Part shown: piece by piece, positions 36,771 through 49,650 of the stretch
Position numbering within the stretch: the first letter of the stretch is position 1
Layout: each line of letters opens with the position of its first letter
Assembly (NCBI GenBank): GCA_965287045.1
Contig: OZ336874.1
Span: forward strand, 58,156,001-58,220,000
From: Carcharhinus amblyrhynchos
Lineage: Eukaryota
Reading direction: 5' to 3'
Length of the DNA: 64,000 nucleotides
Program-made: the position numbers and the translations under genes
Notes under the pieces: model-generated
What the model was told of the DNA's origin: nothing
The model's database searches: none
Seen by the model: the letters and a program-made list of their open reading frames with translations, nothing else

Positions 36771-39700
36771 TGTGGAGCAAGAGTGTTACGTTCCACAGCA
36801 TTTGTGGCAATTGTAATGTTTATCTGTAGATTGATCTGAAGTTTCTTTGCTGGTTGTTCCAGAGTATCTTTCAATGTGTGGCAAGTGATCAACATTGAAC
36901 AAAGGCCCATGTCTACAAATAAATAAGCTGCTATAGTGGTAATATCAGAAAGAGATCAATCCTCTTTACCACATCATTACAACATGGCTGTTTTATTAAA
37001 ATTGATTCACTTGGAAAGAGGAGGGGGAAGCCTTCCATTCACAGCATTTGAGAATTAGTGCAGCTGTGATTAATGGTGCATGATTTAGATGGGAATAATA
37101 CAATGTTGCTTACTCTGATAACATATTATTCATTGTTCTCCTTTTGTCTGATTAATAATTCCTCTTGGAATAGGTAAACCTTAAATTAGCTTTTAATTTG
37201 TCACTCACTTTTTGCAACAATTGCCAATCCATTGTTCAACGGATTTATTATTCTGATTATTGCACCAGCTTCATTTTTAATTGTATTGGCTTGGATGATT
37301 GGGGCAAGGAATCAAATGCACTGATGCATACTTGTTGGCATTGACATCTACTATTTTTTTCTTCTTTTCCCTTGCCCGGCTCATTATCTTAACTGTTAAA
37401 TTTACAAATTCAAAACGGGTGAGACAGAGACACCTTTGTCTGATAATCTTTACAAAAATTGAAGTAATTTCAAGTGTCTTAATCCACATGTCTTGTCAGG
37501 TAACATTTTGAACATTCGCCTTAAGTGACATGCTTGTGGTTTTTGATTGGAGTTGTTCATTGCAAGCATCAGTTTCCCACTTTTGCACTCCCTATTGCCC
37601 CAAGCTCCATGGCCCCAGAAATGGCAGGGGCCAAGAATAATCTTATCTTTCAGATGCAACTCACAGCTGGGCCTGTTGCATGGAAGATATGCAATTATTT
37701 TAACATGTAGACAAACACAATACTTGCTAACAGCAGCAAAACAATTTAACCTAATACAAAGAAAGCAACTAATGTACCAAAGTCAAACAGCAAGCCAAGG
37801 ATACTAGCTTGGGACCATTCTCTCCCTTATCTGCACCACCGCCCCCCCACCCCCACCCCAACACACACACACACCCCAAAAAAATATTGGAAATGTAGAG
37901 GTACAGAATGATGGTGACATTCTAAACCTCTTCAAGAATAACTATTCATCAGAATGAATACAGGATAAGTTGCATGCCTTTTGGCTCCTTTTGTCAAAAA
38001 AGCCTTCTACCAGACTGCCTTGCTCCTCTTGATATGTCGTGTCTTTATGTCTACAACTTACTCAACCTGATGCACAAATGTATGCTCCTGAGTACAATAA
38101 ATTGCAGTGCATCTTTTTCACCATATATCTATGCAAACTTTCCAGAGCCAATAAACTGTTTCAAAAAGTGAACTTTGCAATTTGAAGTGCAATATGATTT
38201 TGTCTTTTTTGAAAGACAGCTTTCACAAACAGTGGCGTCAGTTATCTAATCAATGGGATTTTAAAAAAATCTAGATGAAGTATCTATCTCAAGAAACGCA
38301 CAATGGCATTGTCAATAATAATCAATTTTTGTTTGTGTCTGTTAACAGACAGTTTAGTCATTAATTGATAACAGTCTTAATAGTCGAAAATTAGTACAAA
38401 AATATTCCCATCAATATGATCCCATCAAGTTTACTTGATTCACAAGAAGGATTCTATGATTTTAATGCATGTAATGACAAGCAGCTACAAATGTGTTTTC
38501 TGTGTTCTGTACAATGCCAGATATATGGAAATTATTTTTTAAAAATTAGTTTTCTTGAACAAACCTGTCATGTGCGAACTCAGACGTTTTTCCTATTCTG
38601 ATTAGATCCATAGTAGTCAGGAAAACAAGCTAAATAGGTCACTTGCAGATTAGCTTAAATAGTCAAAATTGTTATTGCAAAGAGACACTTGTATCTAACA
38701 ATGTTGTCACTGTTTTACCATATAACCTTCCTTGCAACATGTTTGGTCCTTTTTTGTAATGAATATTCAATACAGCTAGCTACCTGAAAGCTAACGTTCT
38801 TCTTCCCATTGTTTCTTTTCTGTTCCTCTGCCCCACAAAGAAATCAAAAACTACAGCTATCTGAAATCGTTGTGTCCTTAATAGCATTGAGAATTTTTGG
38901 ATTAGGCTTTTAAATTTTGTATTATGAAGTTTTTTTATCCTCTTGGTGATGAATGGAGTGATGTAAATGGTGTTTTTTTTATATAGTTTGAAATGTCATT
39001 TATGTATTGTATACTGAATACATTCTGGAAAGATTGTGAGAGAGCACATTGTGTGCATTGGACCAAAAATAATGTTAGTTACTTCCACTAATCTAAACTA
39101 TAAAACAAATGGAAAACAAAACAAGCTTTGGTTCTATCTTTCTTTATTCCCATTCCTCATTTTCTCTTCTCTTTCCCCTACCCCCGCCCTTAGTTTAGGT
39201 TTAAATACAATCCAATAATTGTAAGACCTTTTCACATAATGATATTGAGATGGGCGGGATATATAGACTGTAGACATTTTTGTAAAGGCAAGACTGTTTT
39301 GAGCCTAAATGATTTGGCCTGAACTTAAGTGGATCACGCTGCAATATTTCTGGCTTCAACTAATCATGTACAGTCGATTGTTGCACTAGCAAGAAGCAAG
39401 TGGGAGTTGCTTGTATTCCTAGCACACTTCCTTCATCGTTTTATTGCCCACAGCATTTTTTTACTATTACTTATAACCAGAAAGGGTTTGAAGGACAATG
39501 CGATCACTAGAAAACCATCCATACTGTTTTATTTAAGTGTGTGCGGGGGGGGGGGGGGGGGATAACAAACTTGATGTTGCTAGGTTTGCAACTGTAGTCA
39601 TGTTAAATCATTCTGCTCTGTTAAATTGAACAGTTTTCTCTTTATATAAAAAAAAACTTTGTATTAAGATCAATGTGCTGTGAATCCCTTTAATTTAATG

Positions 39701-40007
39701 AATACGAATTGCACTTGCTGAATAACTCTTGTTGCCATTTTAATTTAATAACCCAACAGTAATTTATTCTGTCATTGGTTCCAAGGCCAGGGGTTGTATG
39801 CAAAGAACTGATGTACCTATAATGTTAAAATACAAGTGGAACTTTTAAAAGAAAATGTATTAGAAATGTGCAATGAATTGAATGAATAAAAGCTGTTGTG
39901 AAAGCATCTGTCGGCTTGCGTTCTAATTTTCTTTTTTCTTTGTTTCTTTTTTTGCCTTTGTATCTGAACCACCATATCTATGCATTTTGTGGTTACTGTG
40001 GAAACAG

Positions 40008-40024
40008 AGAGGGATCCAGGCACA
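40008..40024 (+). CDS. TLE1: TLE1 17-nt microexon (about exon 8), (E)RDPGT
   Basis: gaaacAG|AGAGGGATCCAGGCACA|GTaagt. It converts phase 1 to phase 0 as required between the flanking exons and resembles mammalian TLE1 DREPGT as recalled. Branch point TTCTAAT and a long pyrimidine tract lie at 39921-39960. Confidence 0.9.
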
Positions 40025-42374
40025 GTAAGTACTTCTGAATATCCCACTTCCACTATCTTTATTTTTTTTTAAATGTCCAGGTAGTAAGGCAAAATATTTA
40101 TCAAATGGGAGCAAGTAAAACATGAATTATTTCATTACAACATCTGTCAAATTTTCTTTGCCATCAAATAACTAGTGCTGTCTCTTCACATTCTTTTAAA
40201 TTTACTCTGTTTACTCTGAATCTTAAGTGACACAAATTGGATGAATATTTGCTATCCCCTCCATTTGGTTTATATTCCTTTCCTTAATTATACTAGATTG
40301 CGGCAGTGCATCAAATGTTAACCAATATGTACCATCACTCCTTTCAATGGTAAAAGGTTATTGGGAAGAAAAATTCACTTGGCCATGCTTTGGGTAAAAC
40401 TGTGGGTGTTTCCCATATCTATTACATTGAATTTATACTTTGAAATGTATAAATTCATGATCAGTCATGCAAACTTTACAAATCTGTTCAAATTTTACAA
40501 GTGAATACATTGTTTGGAGTTGCACGAGGGTCAATTGCAGATTCAATTCCTGTTTACAGACTATTTCCTTAACCATCAGTTATGAAGGTGCTGTATCAAC
40601 AAAGTAATTCCACTAACTGGAATGACTTCTGCATTTTAGTTGAGTCTGCAAATAATGTTGCTGTTCCTGAAGGTTTACCTTGCTGGCAAAAATAAGATGG
40701 TAAATTTTTCATATTTGTACTGAATTGTAAGTTCAATTAGTTCATCGTTAGCTTTATAGACCTGGTTAATGAAATTTAATTACATAAATTAAGACAAATC
40801 AGAGGCATTTTGTAGTCTTGAGGGCTCTTACAGACATACAATTATGAACAAAATTTGAGAGCCATTTTGTCATGGAAAAAAAACATTTGAATAATCCAGT
40901 GCTCATTTTGATGTTCCATAAATACTTCAAGAAAAATAGTAATACCCAAGACTGCTGATGCCATTTATATTGTGGATTAGATTCCTCAACCCTAGAACAA
41001 CACACATGGTCATGCGAAAGTTTTCTTGGACATTATCTTAGTGATTTTTTTCAAAAATCTCTACCTGCTATTGATGGGAAAGTTCCATTGTTTGTGACCA
41101 TACTGTCAATCTGCAGTCCAAAATAAAATAAAGTTCAGTATAATGGATCTTTTAACATGGTCCAGTGGTGGCAGCACAGTCTCATTAACCTCCTGTGAAA
41201 GCTCATGATAGAAGAATTATTTGTATATTTTCTCTGCAGGAGAGAGAGTGTGTATGATGGTTACTCCTTGCTTTGTTAATAGATTAGTAGTCAAAATTGA
41301 CAAGTATTTTAACTGCAAAAATTACACCAAACAGTTGTTTTTTTCTTTGTATGTCATTACATTCAGACATCTACCTGAAGTGCTCATTATTGTAGTGAAG
41401 TTGTACAGGAATCATATTTACACCATTCCTTTTGTACCTCATGAAATTAAATGGGAATTATTGCACACGATGACCTGAACTTTCTAAATGCTGCTTCGGT
41501 GATTTCTTATTGGCTTCCTATCATGGGAAATATTGATAGGAAACTGCTCAATCTAGTACACTACATAAAATCTGTTAAGGACTGCACTTTTCCTGAATTC
41601 ACACAAACAACCACTTGATTTTTCTTTTGTGACCAAATCTCCTTTGAGCTTGAAATTTGATTTGCCATCTTTGATTATAGGTAAATTTGCTTAAGTGTAT
41701 TTAATTAAATTTCAAATGACCCATGAAGCTTGAGCTGCATGGACCTGACACACATTTAGGTGACTACACTTAACAAAGCACTTGATGTCCATGGGTTTAC
41801 GTCTGGAGAGCTTAATGACTGTGCTGGTGCAATTGTCATGCTTCAGATATTCATTCACCATTTGCTTTCTCACTGTTTGGAGATGATGTTGTGATAGCTG
41901 TGAAATGTGTGTGTGTCGGCACTGCCTGACAGCAAGTTGTGGGCAGGTGAAAGTTCAACAGCATTGGACTCTGCAGAGCTTGTAGAAGCATAACCCATCA
42001 AGGGTTGGTACCTTTGTATGCTTTTGAGGTGATGCTTGGTGTGCATGTGTGTTTATCCTGTAGTTCATGTTGTATCCTTTGTAAACATTACATCATATAT
42101 TTTTAAAAAGAATGTACAATAGTGCTGATGCTGTTAGCAGATGCAAATCCTGAAGCAAGTAATTAAAGCATTACCATTAGACCAAATTGAAGTCAACTGA
42201 AAGTGGCAGGTTACAAAGCTGTAATTTTAGGGTTAGTCTGAGCTGCACATTTGAACTTCTGGAAAGTCACTTAGCTTGACAAGTTTTAATTATGAAGGGA
42301 ATTTACAAAGTAATTTTTCTTACCTTTCTGAACTGCTCAAATATGACGTACGTATATTCTATATCGAGAAATGC

Positions 42375-42500
42375 ATCAGAATTCTGCCACCCCGCCTGCC
42401 ACGAGAATTGGAGCGGGCAAAGGGCAGACAGTGGGAAGGTCCGTTGACTTCAGTGGGGTTTTTCCAGACTCGGGTTGAGCAAGGCTGTAAAATCCTGCCT
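42375..42500. mobile_element. Short GC-rich MITE
   Basis: gaattctgccacccgcctgcc...gtaaaatcctgcc with TIR-like ends. Confidence 0.5.
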
Positions 42501-42659
42501 GCAATCTCAGACAAAGCTACACTATTCTAAATCTGGTACCACTTGAGCAGAGTTAATTTCTGTAGTGTTCTATTCAGCATAAACCTATGTGAGTGATCTA
42601 GTCTAATTCCACTTTCATGCTCACTTCTCATTATTTCTAGCTGGCTGTGTTTTTTTTCT

Positions 42660-44080
42660 TGTATTGAGTTTGAGTGTAGCTGACAAGGCCAGCATTGTTG
42701 CCCATCCCTAATTACCATTGAGAAGGTGGCAGAATATCACTGGTCCATGTGGTGTAGTGCTGTTTGGGAGTTCCAGAATTTTTACCCAGCAACTGAGAAG
42801 GAGGGTGACTTAAGTCAGGATGGTTTGTGGCTTGGAGGAGAACTTGCAGTTGGTGATGCCCCCATGTATCTGCTGCCTTGGCATTTTAAGCTGTGGAGGT
42901 TGCAGATTTGCAAGGTGTTCCTAAAGGAGCATTGGTGGGTTGCAGCAGGCATCATGTAAAGTATACAGCTGTCAACTGTGCATTGGTGGTGGTGGTGGTG
43001 GGAGTGAATGTTTAAGATGGTGAATGGGGTGCCAATCAAGCTGGCAGTTTTATCCTGGATGATATCAAGTTTGAATGTTGTTGAAGTTTCACTCATCCAG
43101 AGAAGTGAAGAGTATTCTATCTTATTTCTGACTCGTGCCTTGTACGTGATGTGATGCAAATGTATCTTATCAGCTCAAACCTGAACATTGTCCAGGTCTT
43201 GCTGCATGCTTTAGTATCTGATATTTTGCATTCATCAGCAAACATCTCTAGTTAGACCTTATGATGGAAAGAAAGCAGCTAAAGTTGTTGGGCTTTTCTT
43301 GGACACTACCCTGCAACAATGTCCTGGAGCTGAGATAATTGGCTTCCAACAACCATAACCATCTTCCTTTGTACTAGAAATGAGACAACCAATGGAGAGT
43401 TTTTTCCCCAACCCCCATTTGTTTTTCTAGGCCTGCACATTTGGTCAAATGCTGTTAAGGGCAATCTTTCATCTCACCAGTGGTGTTCAGCTCTTTTGTC
43501 CATGTTTGGACTAGGGCTGTGAAACAGGCAGAACCCAAACTGAGCATCAGCAAACTGATTATTGCTGAGTAAGTGCTACCACATAGCACTGTTGACGGCA
43601 TCTTCTGTTACTTCGCTGACAATCACAAGTAGACAGATGGGCTGATAATTGGCCAAATTAAATTTTGTTCTTTTTGCATATAGGACAAACCTTGGTAATT
43701 TTCCACCATGCTGGGTAGATACCAGTGTTTTATCTGTAATGGAACAGCTTAGTTTGGGGTTTGGCTATTTTGGGGCACAAGATTTCAGTACTGTGCTAGG
43801 TTATTGTCTGGACCCATGGCCTTGCTGTATCCAATATCTTTGGCAATTTTCTTATCAAGTGAATCAAATTGGCTGAAGATGGTTTTCTATGATGACAGGT
43901 CCCTCCAGTGGACGATGAGAAAGAACACCTACACTCAGCCAGGGATTGAAGATGGTGGCAAATGGTTCAGTCTGGTATTTTGCACTTATGCTGAGCTCTC
44001 CATCATTGACGATGGGAGTATTTGTAGGGCCTCCCCTTCTGCTGAGTTTAATTGACCACTATCATTCGTAGCTGGATGTT
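42660..44080 (-). mobile_element. CR1/L2-superclade LINE (family A), ~1.4-kb 3' part
   Basis: ORF 42815..43159 reads TYKARVRNKIEYSSLLWMS...LDIIQDKTASLIGTP...NIHS; the RT segment at 43550-43730 is homologous to 20500-20670. Confidence 0.85.
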
Positions 44081-45004
44081 TGTTCTTTTAATTTTATTTA
44101 TTCGCGTCGGTTTACAATAACACTGCAATGAAGTTGGTGAAAATCCCTTAGTCGCCACATTTAAGAGTTTGAAGCAGAGAATTTTTCATTCTGGTCATTT
44201 TCTAATGCAGCTGCAGCATTATTTTGTTAAGGAATTCAGTTAAGCAAGCACTGTGTATTCAAGAGAACATTAGATGTTTTTCTGGTTTCAAAACTAAATG
44301 GATTTCAGGGAGAAAGTGTCTAGATACCTGTGTAAGAACGATGAGCTTTTTTTAAAAGACATATTAATCTTTTCCCTCAGAGCATCTCTAAACTTCCACT
44401 TCTCTTGATTACAGCAACAGGCATTTGTGTATTGTTTCAAAGCCTTTCCAAAAATGAATATTGGTGACTAGACTTGAAACAGTAGACTTTTGATATTTTA
44501 GCTTATTATGGCCAAAGTTCTTCTATCAATGGATGTGTTTCTGAGCAACTGAGGGACCAGAAATCTACCCATCTCAGCCTTCTCTAACTTCATAAGCATT
44601 GAAGCTCACCTGGGGAAAAAGAGCTGGAGAAGAAACGGCAAGGTGGGAATGAGAAAGTGGATCTGGAGGAAGCATGGTGTCCCAGCTACAAGGCTGTAAA
44701 TTTATTCAAGAAAACTTCTGCATTGCACCAATAGTCCCTTTTGCTATCTCTTCTGGTCCTTGCACCCTCCATATCCCTTAAACAGTACAAACTCATGGTG
44801 GTACAGCAACTCAGAATAAGTTTACTATTCAAACACATCATCACGCAATTCAGTCTGAGAATCTAACTGCTGACTGCAATCTCTTGGTGTGGGCAGGGGC
44901 AATGTGGCCTGCCTGAATGCCTAGTAGTAATGACACTAGAAAGCTGATAGGGGAAGAATTATGCATTTAATAAGGACAATATTCCACATTCCTCCACAAG
45001 AACT

Positions 45005-46510
45005 GAAATAATAGGAACAGTAGACCATGTGAACCTTGGAGCCTGCTGTACCATTCAATGCAATTTAATCATTGCTGATCTTGGGCTTCAACTTCAATTC
45101 CCTGACTATCCCTTATATCCCTTAATTCCCTGATGCACCCAAAATCTATTTATTCCAGCCTTAAATGTATTAAATAATGGAACATCCACTACCCTGAGGT
45201 AGAGAATTCCAAAGATTCACAATCCTTTGAAGGATGTAATTTCCCCTCCCCTCAATCCAAAATGATAGTCTCAGGGCCAATGTTGATGTATTTTAGACTT
45301 CTTGACCAGTGGAAACAATCTGTGTCCAGTCTATCAAGCCCCTTGAGAATTTTGTAAATTTCAATGAGATCACCTCTCAGTCTGTCAACTCCAGAAAAAA
45401 TGGACCAAATTTACTCAGCCTCTCATATAGGACAATCCTCTCATTCCAGAGACCAATTTAGTGAACCTTGGCTGTACTACTTTCAATGCAAGTATTTCCT
45501 TCGTTAAATGTGGAAACTAAAACTGACGCAGCATTCCAGTTGTGGTCTCACCAGAACCTTGTACAACTCTAACAAGATTTCTTTATTCCTATATGCAGTT
45601 CCCTTGCAATAAAGACTAATGTGCCATTTCCCTTCCTAATTGCTTGATGGACTTGCATGTTAATTTTTTTTGTGTTCCTCGTACAACACATCCCAATCTC
45701 TGAATGTTAACATGTAGGAGTTTCTCACCTTTTTTAAAAATTTCTGCCATTCTACTGTTTCAACCACAATGAATTTCTTCACATTTCCTCACATTATATT
45801 CCATCTGTCATCTTGTTGACCATTTACTTAACTTGCCTCTCTATCCTCCCAAAACTTACCTTCTTATCAAGTTTGGTATCATGTATTGTAAATAATTGAG
45901 GTGCCACCACTACTCTGTGCCTGCCAGCTTGGGGAAAAAAAAGTCCCATTTATGCCTTCTCTCTGCTAATCTGTTAACTAATCTCCTACCCATTTTAATG
46001 TATTACATCCAGCTCCATGCACATTATCTTGCCTATTAACCTTTTGTGTGGCATTCCACTGGTTATTTACCTTATCAATTACATACTTTTTAACAAATTA
46101 ATTGTAGATTTTTTAAGATTTGTCTTCAGTAAAACCATGTTGACTTGTTCTAATCATACTATGCTTTAAGTGTATTGTTAACACTTCCCTGTTAACACTC
46201 TCCTTCCTTACTTGAAACATGGAATAATATTTGCCAACTTCTAATCTGGTGGGATCTTTCTTGAATCCATCAATTATGAAAAATCACAGTTAATGCATCA
46301 ACTATCTCTGCAGCTATCTTCTTTAGTACCAAGGATGTAGATCATCAGCCCCTGGGCAGTTGTTGTATTTTGGTCCCTTAAGTTTATCCAGTAATTTTTC
46401 TATAATATAAATTTCCTTTTTTTTTTCACTCTTTTGCCACCTATCTCTGGCATCAAACTTGTGTTTTCTACTGCAAAGTCAGATGCAAAGTATTTGTTCA
46501 ATACTGCTGC
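45005..46510 (-). mobile_element. CR1 LINE, decayed ~1.5 kb
   Basis: CR1 tail gaaataataggaacagtagaccatgtgaaccttggagcctgct; cagcattccagttgtggtctcaccagaaccttgtaca is the reverse complement of LY..LVRP.LE. Confidence 0.75.
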
Positions 46511-46589
46511 CATTCCCTTTTCTTAAAGTTAAAGTCCATCCTTGAGTGTGGAACTTGGTTATCAGTCTCTGCTCAGCGATGTGCTGTTG

Positions 46590-46975
46590 TGTGAGCAGAG
46601 ACTGATAGCCAAGTTCTGCACACATGAGGACAGCCTCAACTGGGATCTTGGGTTCATGTCACTATCTGTAACCCCTACAACTTGCCTGGACTTGCAAAAT
46701 CTCACTAACTTTCCTGTCTGGAGACAATACACATCTCTTTAACCTGTGCTTAATGCTCTCTCCACTCACATTGCCTGTACATTTAAGACTTGATTAGCTG
46801 CAAAGATTCACATTCCAATCATTATTCTGTTATTTGAGTTTGTGTCTTTATATACCCTGTTTGTGAACAGATCTCCCACTCGCCTGACGAAGGAGCAGTG
46901 CTCCGAAAGCTAGTGGTATTTGCTACCAAATAAACCTGTTGGACTTTAACCTGGAGTTATGAGACTTCTTACTGA
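46590..46975 (+). mobile_element. Penelope-like element 3' end (endonuclease C-terminus plus UTR with hammerhead)
   Basis: ORF 46542..46742 contains EQRLIAKFCTHEDSLNWDLGFMS (PLE GIY-YIG C-terminal GLN-type motif), followed by a UTR ending tgctaccaaataaacctgttggactttaacctgg...gagacttcttac. Confidence 0.85.
46880..46916 (+). ncRNA. Minimal type I hammerhead ribozyme motif (Penelope-associated)
   Basis: UCGC (stem I) - CUGACGA (46884-90) - A - GGAGC agu GCUCC (stem II) - GAAA (46905-08) - GC - UA - GUGG (stem I'), with palindromic AGCU as stem III. Confidence 0.7.
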
Positions 46976-46989
46976 ATGCAATTCTAACA

Positions 46990-47430
46990 ACACTCAAAGC
47001 TCAAAAGCATCTCCAGAAAGAAGTCTGCTTGATTTAACATCCCATCCATCAGTGCACAGTGGCAGCAGTATGTACTATCTACCGGATGCATTGCAACAAC
47101 TCATTAAGGCTTCTTCATCAGCACCATCCAAACCCATGAACTCCACCACCTGAGAAAATAAGGGCATCAGGCACATGGGAATACAGCCAACTGCAATTTC
47201 CCCTCCAAATCTCACACAATCCTGACTTGGGACAATATTGTTACTCTGCCAGTGTTACTGTCACTGGGTCAAAACCCTGAATTCCATTTCTGACAGCACT
47301 GTGGGCGTACCAACACATGGAACTGCAGTCATTCAAGATGGTGGTTCACCACCACCTGCACAAGAGTAATTGGGGACCAGCAATAAATGCTTGCTTTGCC
47401 GGCAATGCTCATATCCCAAGAATGAATTAA
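46990..47430 (+). mobile_element. LINE family A 3' end
   Basis: cacagtggcagcagtatgtactatctacc...gggaccagcaataaatgcttgctttgccggcaatgctcatatcccaagaatgaattaaaa. Confidence 0.8.
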
Positions 47431-48575
47431 AAGGTCAAAGACAAGATCCCACATGGGAGACTGATTGAGAAGGTTGAGGCACATGGAATTCCGGGAAACT
47501 TGGTGAGATGTACCCAAAATTAGCTTAGTATGGATAACAAAGGGTGGCAGTAGAAGGCTGTGTTTGAGAGATTGGAGGCCGGTGTCCAGTGGCATACCAC
47601 AAGGTTCAGTGCTAGGTACCTTTATTGTTTGTCATCTATATCATTTAGGTGTATAACAATGTGGGGGGAATGAGAGGCAAGTTTGCAAATGACACCAAGA
47701 TTGGTAGGGTGATTAAGGGTGAAGAAGAGGCCATAGGTTACAGAAAGATATAAACAAGTTTGACAAGAGCAGTGGCAGATGGTATTTAACCCTGATAAAT
47801 GTGAGGTGATGCACTTCAGAAGAGGTAATAAGACAAAGGAGTATTTAATGAATGGTAACATACTATGAAGATGAGAGGAATAGATGGATCTTGGGGTACT
47901 TATTCACAGATCATTGAAGGCTATAGAGCAGGGGAATAGGGTAATTAAGAAGGCATATGGGACACCTGCTTTTTTTAGTTGTGGGATAGAGTATAAGAGC
48001 AAGGAACTAATGTTGAAACTGTATAAAACATTGGTTAGGCCACAGCTGGAGTACTGTGCACAGTTCTGGTCACCTCACTATAGAAAGGATGTTATTGCAC
48101 TACAAGGGGTACAGAGAAGATTCACCAGGATGTTGCCTAGGATGGAACATTTGAGTTATATGGAATGACTGGATAGGCTTGGATTGTTTTCTTTAGAGCA
48201 GAGCTGAGGGGGTGACGTGATTGTGGTGTGTAAGATTGAGGGGTATAGGAAGGGTGAATAGGAAGCGCTGTTCCCCTTGGTTGAGGAATCAATCATGAAG
48301 GGGTATAGTTTTAGGGTAAAGGGCAGGAGATTGAGAGAAGATTTGAGGAAGTAAAATTCACTCGGTGGTGAGAATCTGGAATGCATTGCCAGGGAAGGTA
48401 GTGGATGCCAGAAACCTTACAACCATTAAAAAGTATTTGAATGAATTCTTGAAACATCAGAACATTCAGGGATGTGGGACAAGTGCTGGAAAATGGGATT
48501 AGTGTGACTTTAGTTACTGTCAATGCAGACATGATGGGCCAAAAGTCCTGTTCTGCACTTTACATCTCTGACTTT
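47431..48575 (+). mobile_element. CR1 LINE RT C-terminal half and 3' UTR
   Basis: SGIPQGSVLG near 47587 and KFANDTKIG near 47680; ORF 47884..48168 reads DLGVLIHRSLK...LYKTLVRPQLEYCAQFWSPHYRKD. Confidence 0.92.
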
Positions 48576-48829
48576 ATGACTAAAAATAATGGCAAGGGTG
48601 ATTGGTAAGTGGCTGCTAAAAGTATTTTATCTCACATTGAGGGGAAGAATGAGATTTAGGTGAATTGGGAAAGAGGATTGATGACCAAAAACTCTGACAC
48701 ATCATCCTTCAGCCTTTTGAGGAGCTTTGCTCCTGACATGCCCATGATGTCACCAAATTCTCTCTGGGAATATGATGTGGATATACTCTCACTCCTGCTC
48801 TGCGTGCCTGTTGCTTTTTGTGGGATTTT

Positions 48830-49650
48830 GTCTTCACTGGCAAGGCCTACATTTATTGCTCATCCCTAATCAACTTTGAAGGTGGTGGTGAACTGCCTTC
48901 TTGAACCGCTGCCATCCATGTGGCAGAAGAGTTCCCTTGTTCGTTATGTAGGCAATTCTGTGATTTTGACTCAGAAATGATGAGTTTTACCTCAGGATGG
49001 TGTATGACTTGGCAGGCAACTTGCAGTGATGGTGTTTTCTGTGTCTGCTGCCCTTTCCTTCTGGATGGTAGAGATGCTGGGTTGAGGAAGCATTGGTGCA
49101 TTGCTGCGGTCCATCCTGTGGGTGATATTCACTGTAGTCATTGTGCAAGGGCAGTGGAGGGAGTAAATTAGGTGTTGACCAAGTGGATTGCTTTGTCCTG
49201 AATGGTGCCAAATTTTTTCAAATGTTGCTACAGCTGCACCCACCAAGGCAAGTGGATAGTATCCCATCATACTTGTGATCTGTAAGAAGATGGGACCTCT
49301 GACATTCTCTAGACAGGTTCTGTAGACATGTGGCAGATTCAGTTAAGTTTCTAATCAAGAGTGACATTCAAAATTTTGATGGTGAAGGGTTTGGCAATAT
49401 TAATGTAATTGAAGTTGAAGGGAGATAGTTAAGTTATCTTGTTGAAAATGGCTATCGCCATTTTGTCACAAGAATTTTACTTTCCACTTAGCAGTTTCAA
49501 CCTCGACACAGACATGGACTGCTTCATTATCTGAAAAATTGGAAGTGCAGCTGAGCACTTTGCAATCTTCAGTAATCCCCCCACTTTTGTCCTTATAACA
49601 GAGGGAAAGGTCATTGATAGGAGTTGGGACTAAAATACTGATCACAAAAC
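48830..49650 (-). mobile_element. LINE family A 3' end, decayed
   Basis: cactggcaaggcctacatttattgctcatccctaat...; ORF 48992..49270 reads MMGYYPLALVGAAVAT (YSPLAWM.AA.T-like). Confidence 0.75.

Noticed and set aside
39545-39562. Poly-G run, plus C-runs near 37840-37860 and 63175-63191, as G-quadruplex candidates
   Set aside because: Simple homopolymers are common and error-prone in assemblies; there is no further support.
41221-41257. Strong acceptor (ttttctctgcag) followed by a possible 12-nt exon GAGAGAGAGTGT (EREC) and gtatga
   Set aside because: The donor context is weak and I know no homologous TLE exon. Such pseudo-exons are common in long introns; junction reads would be needed.
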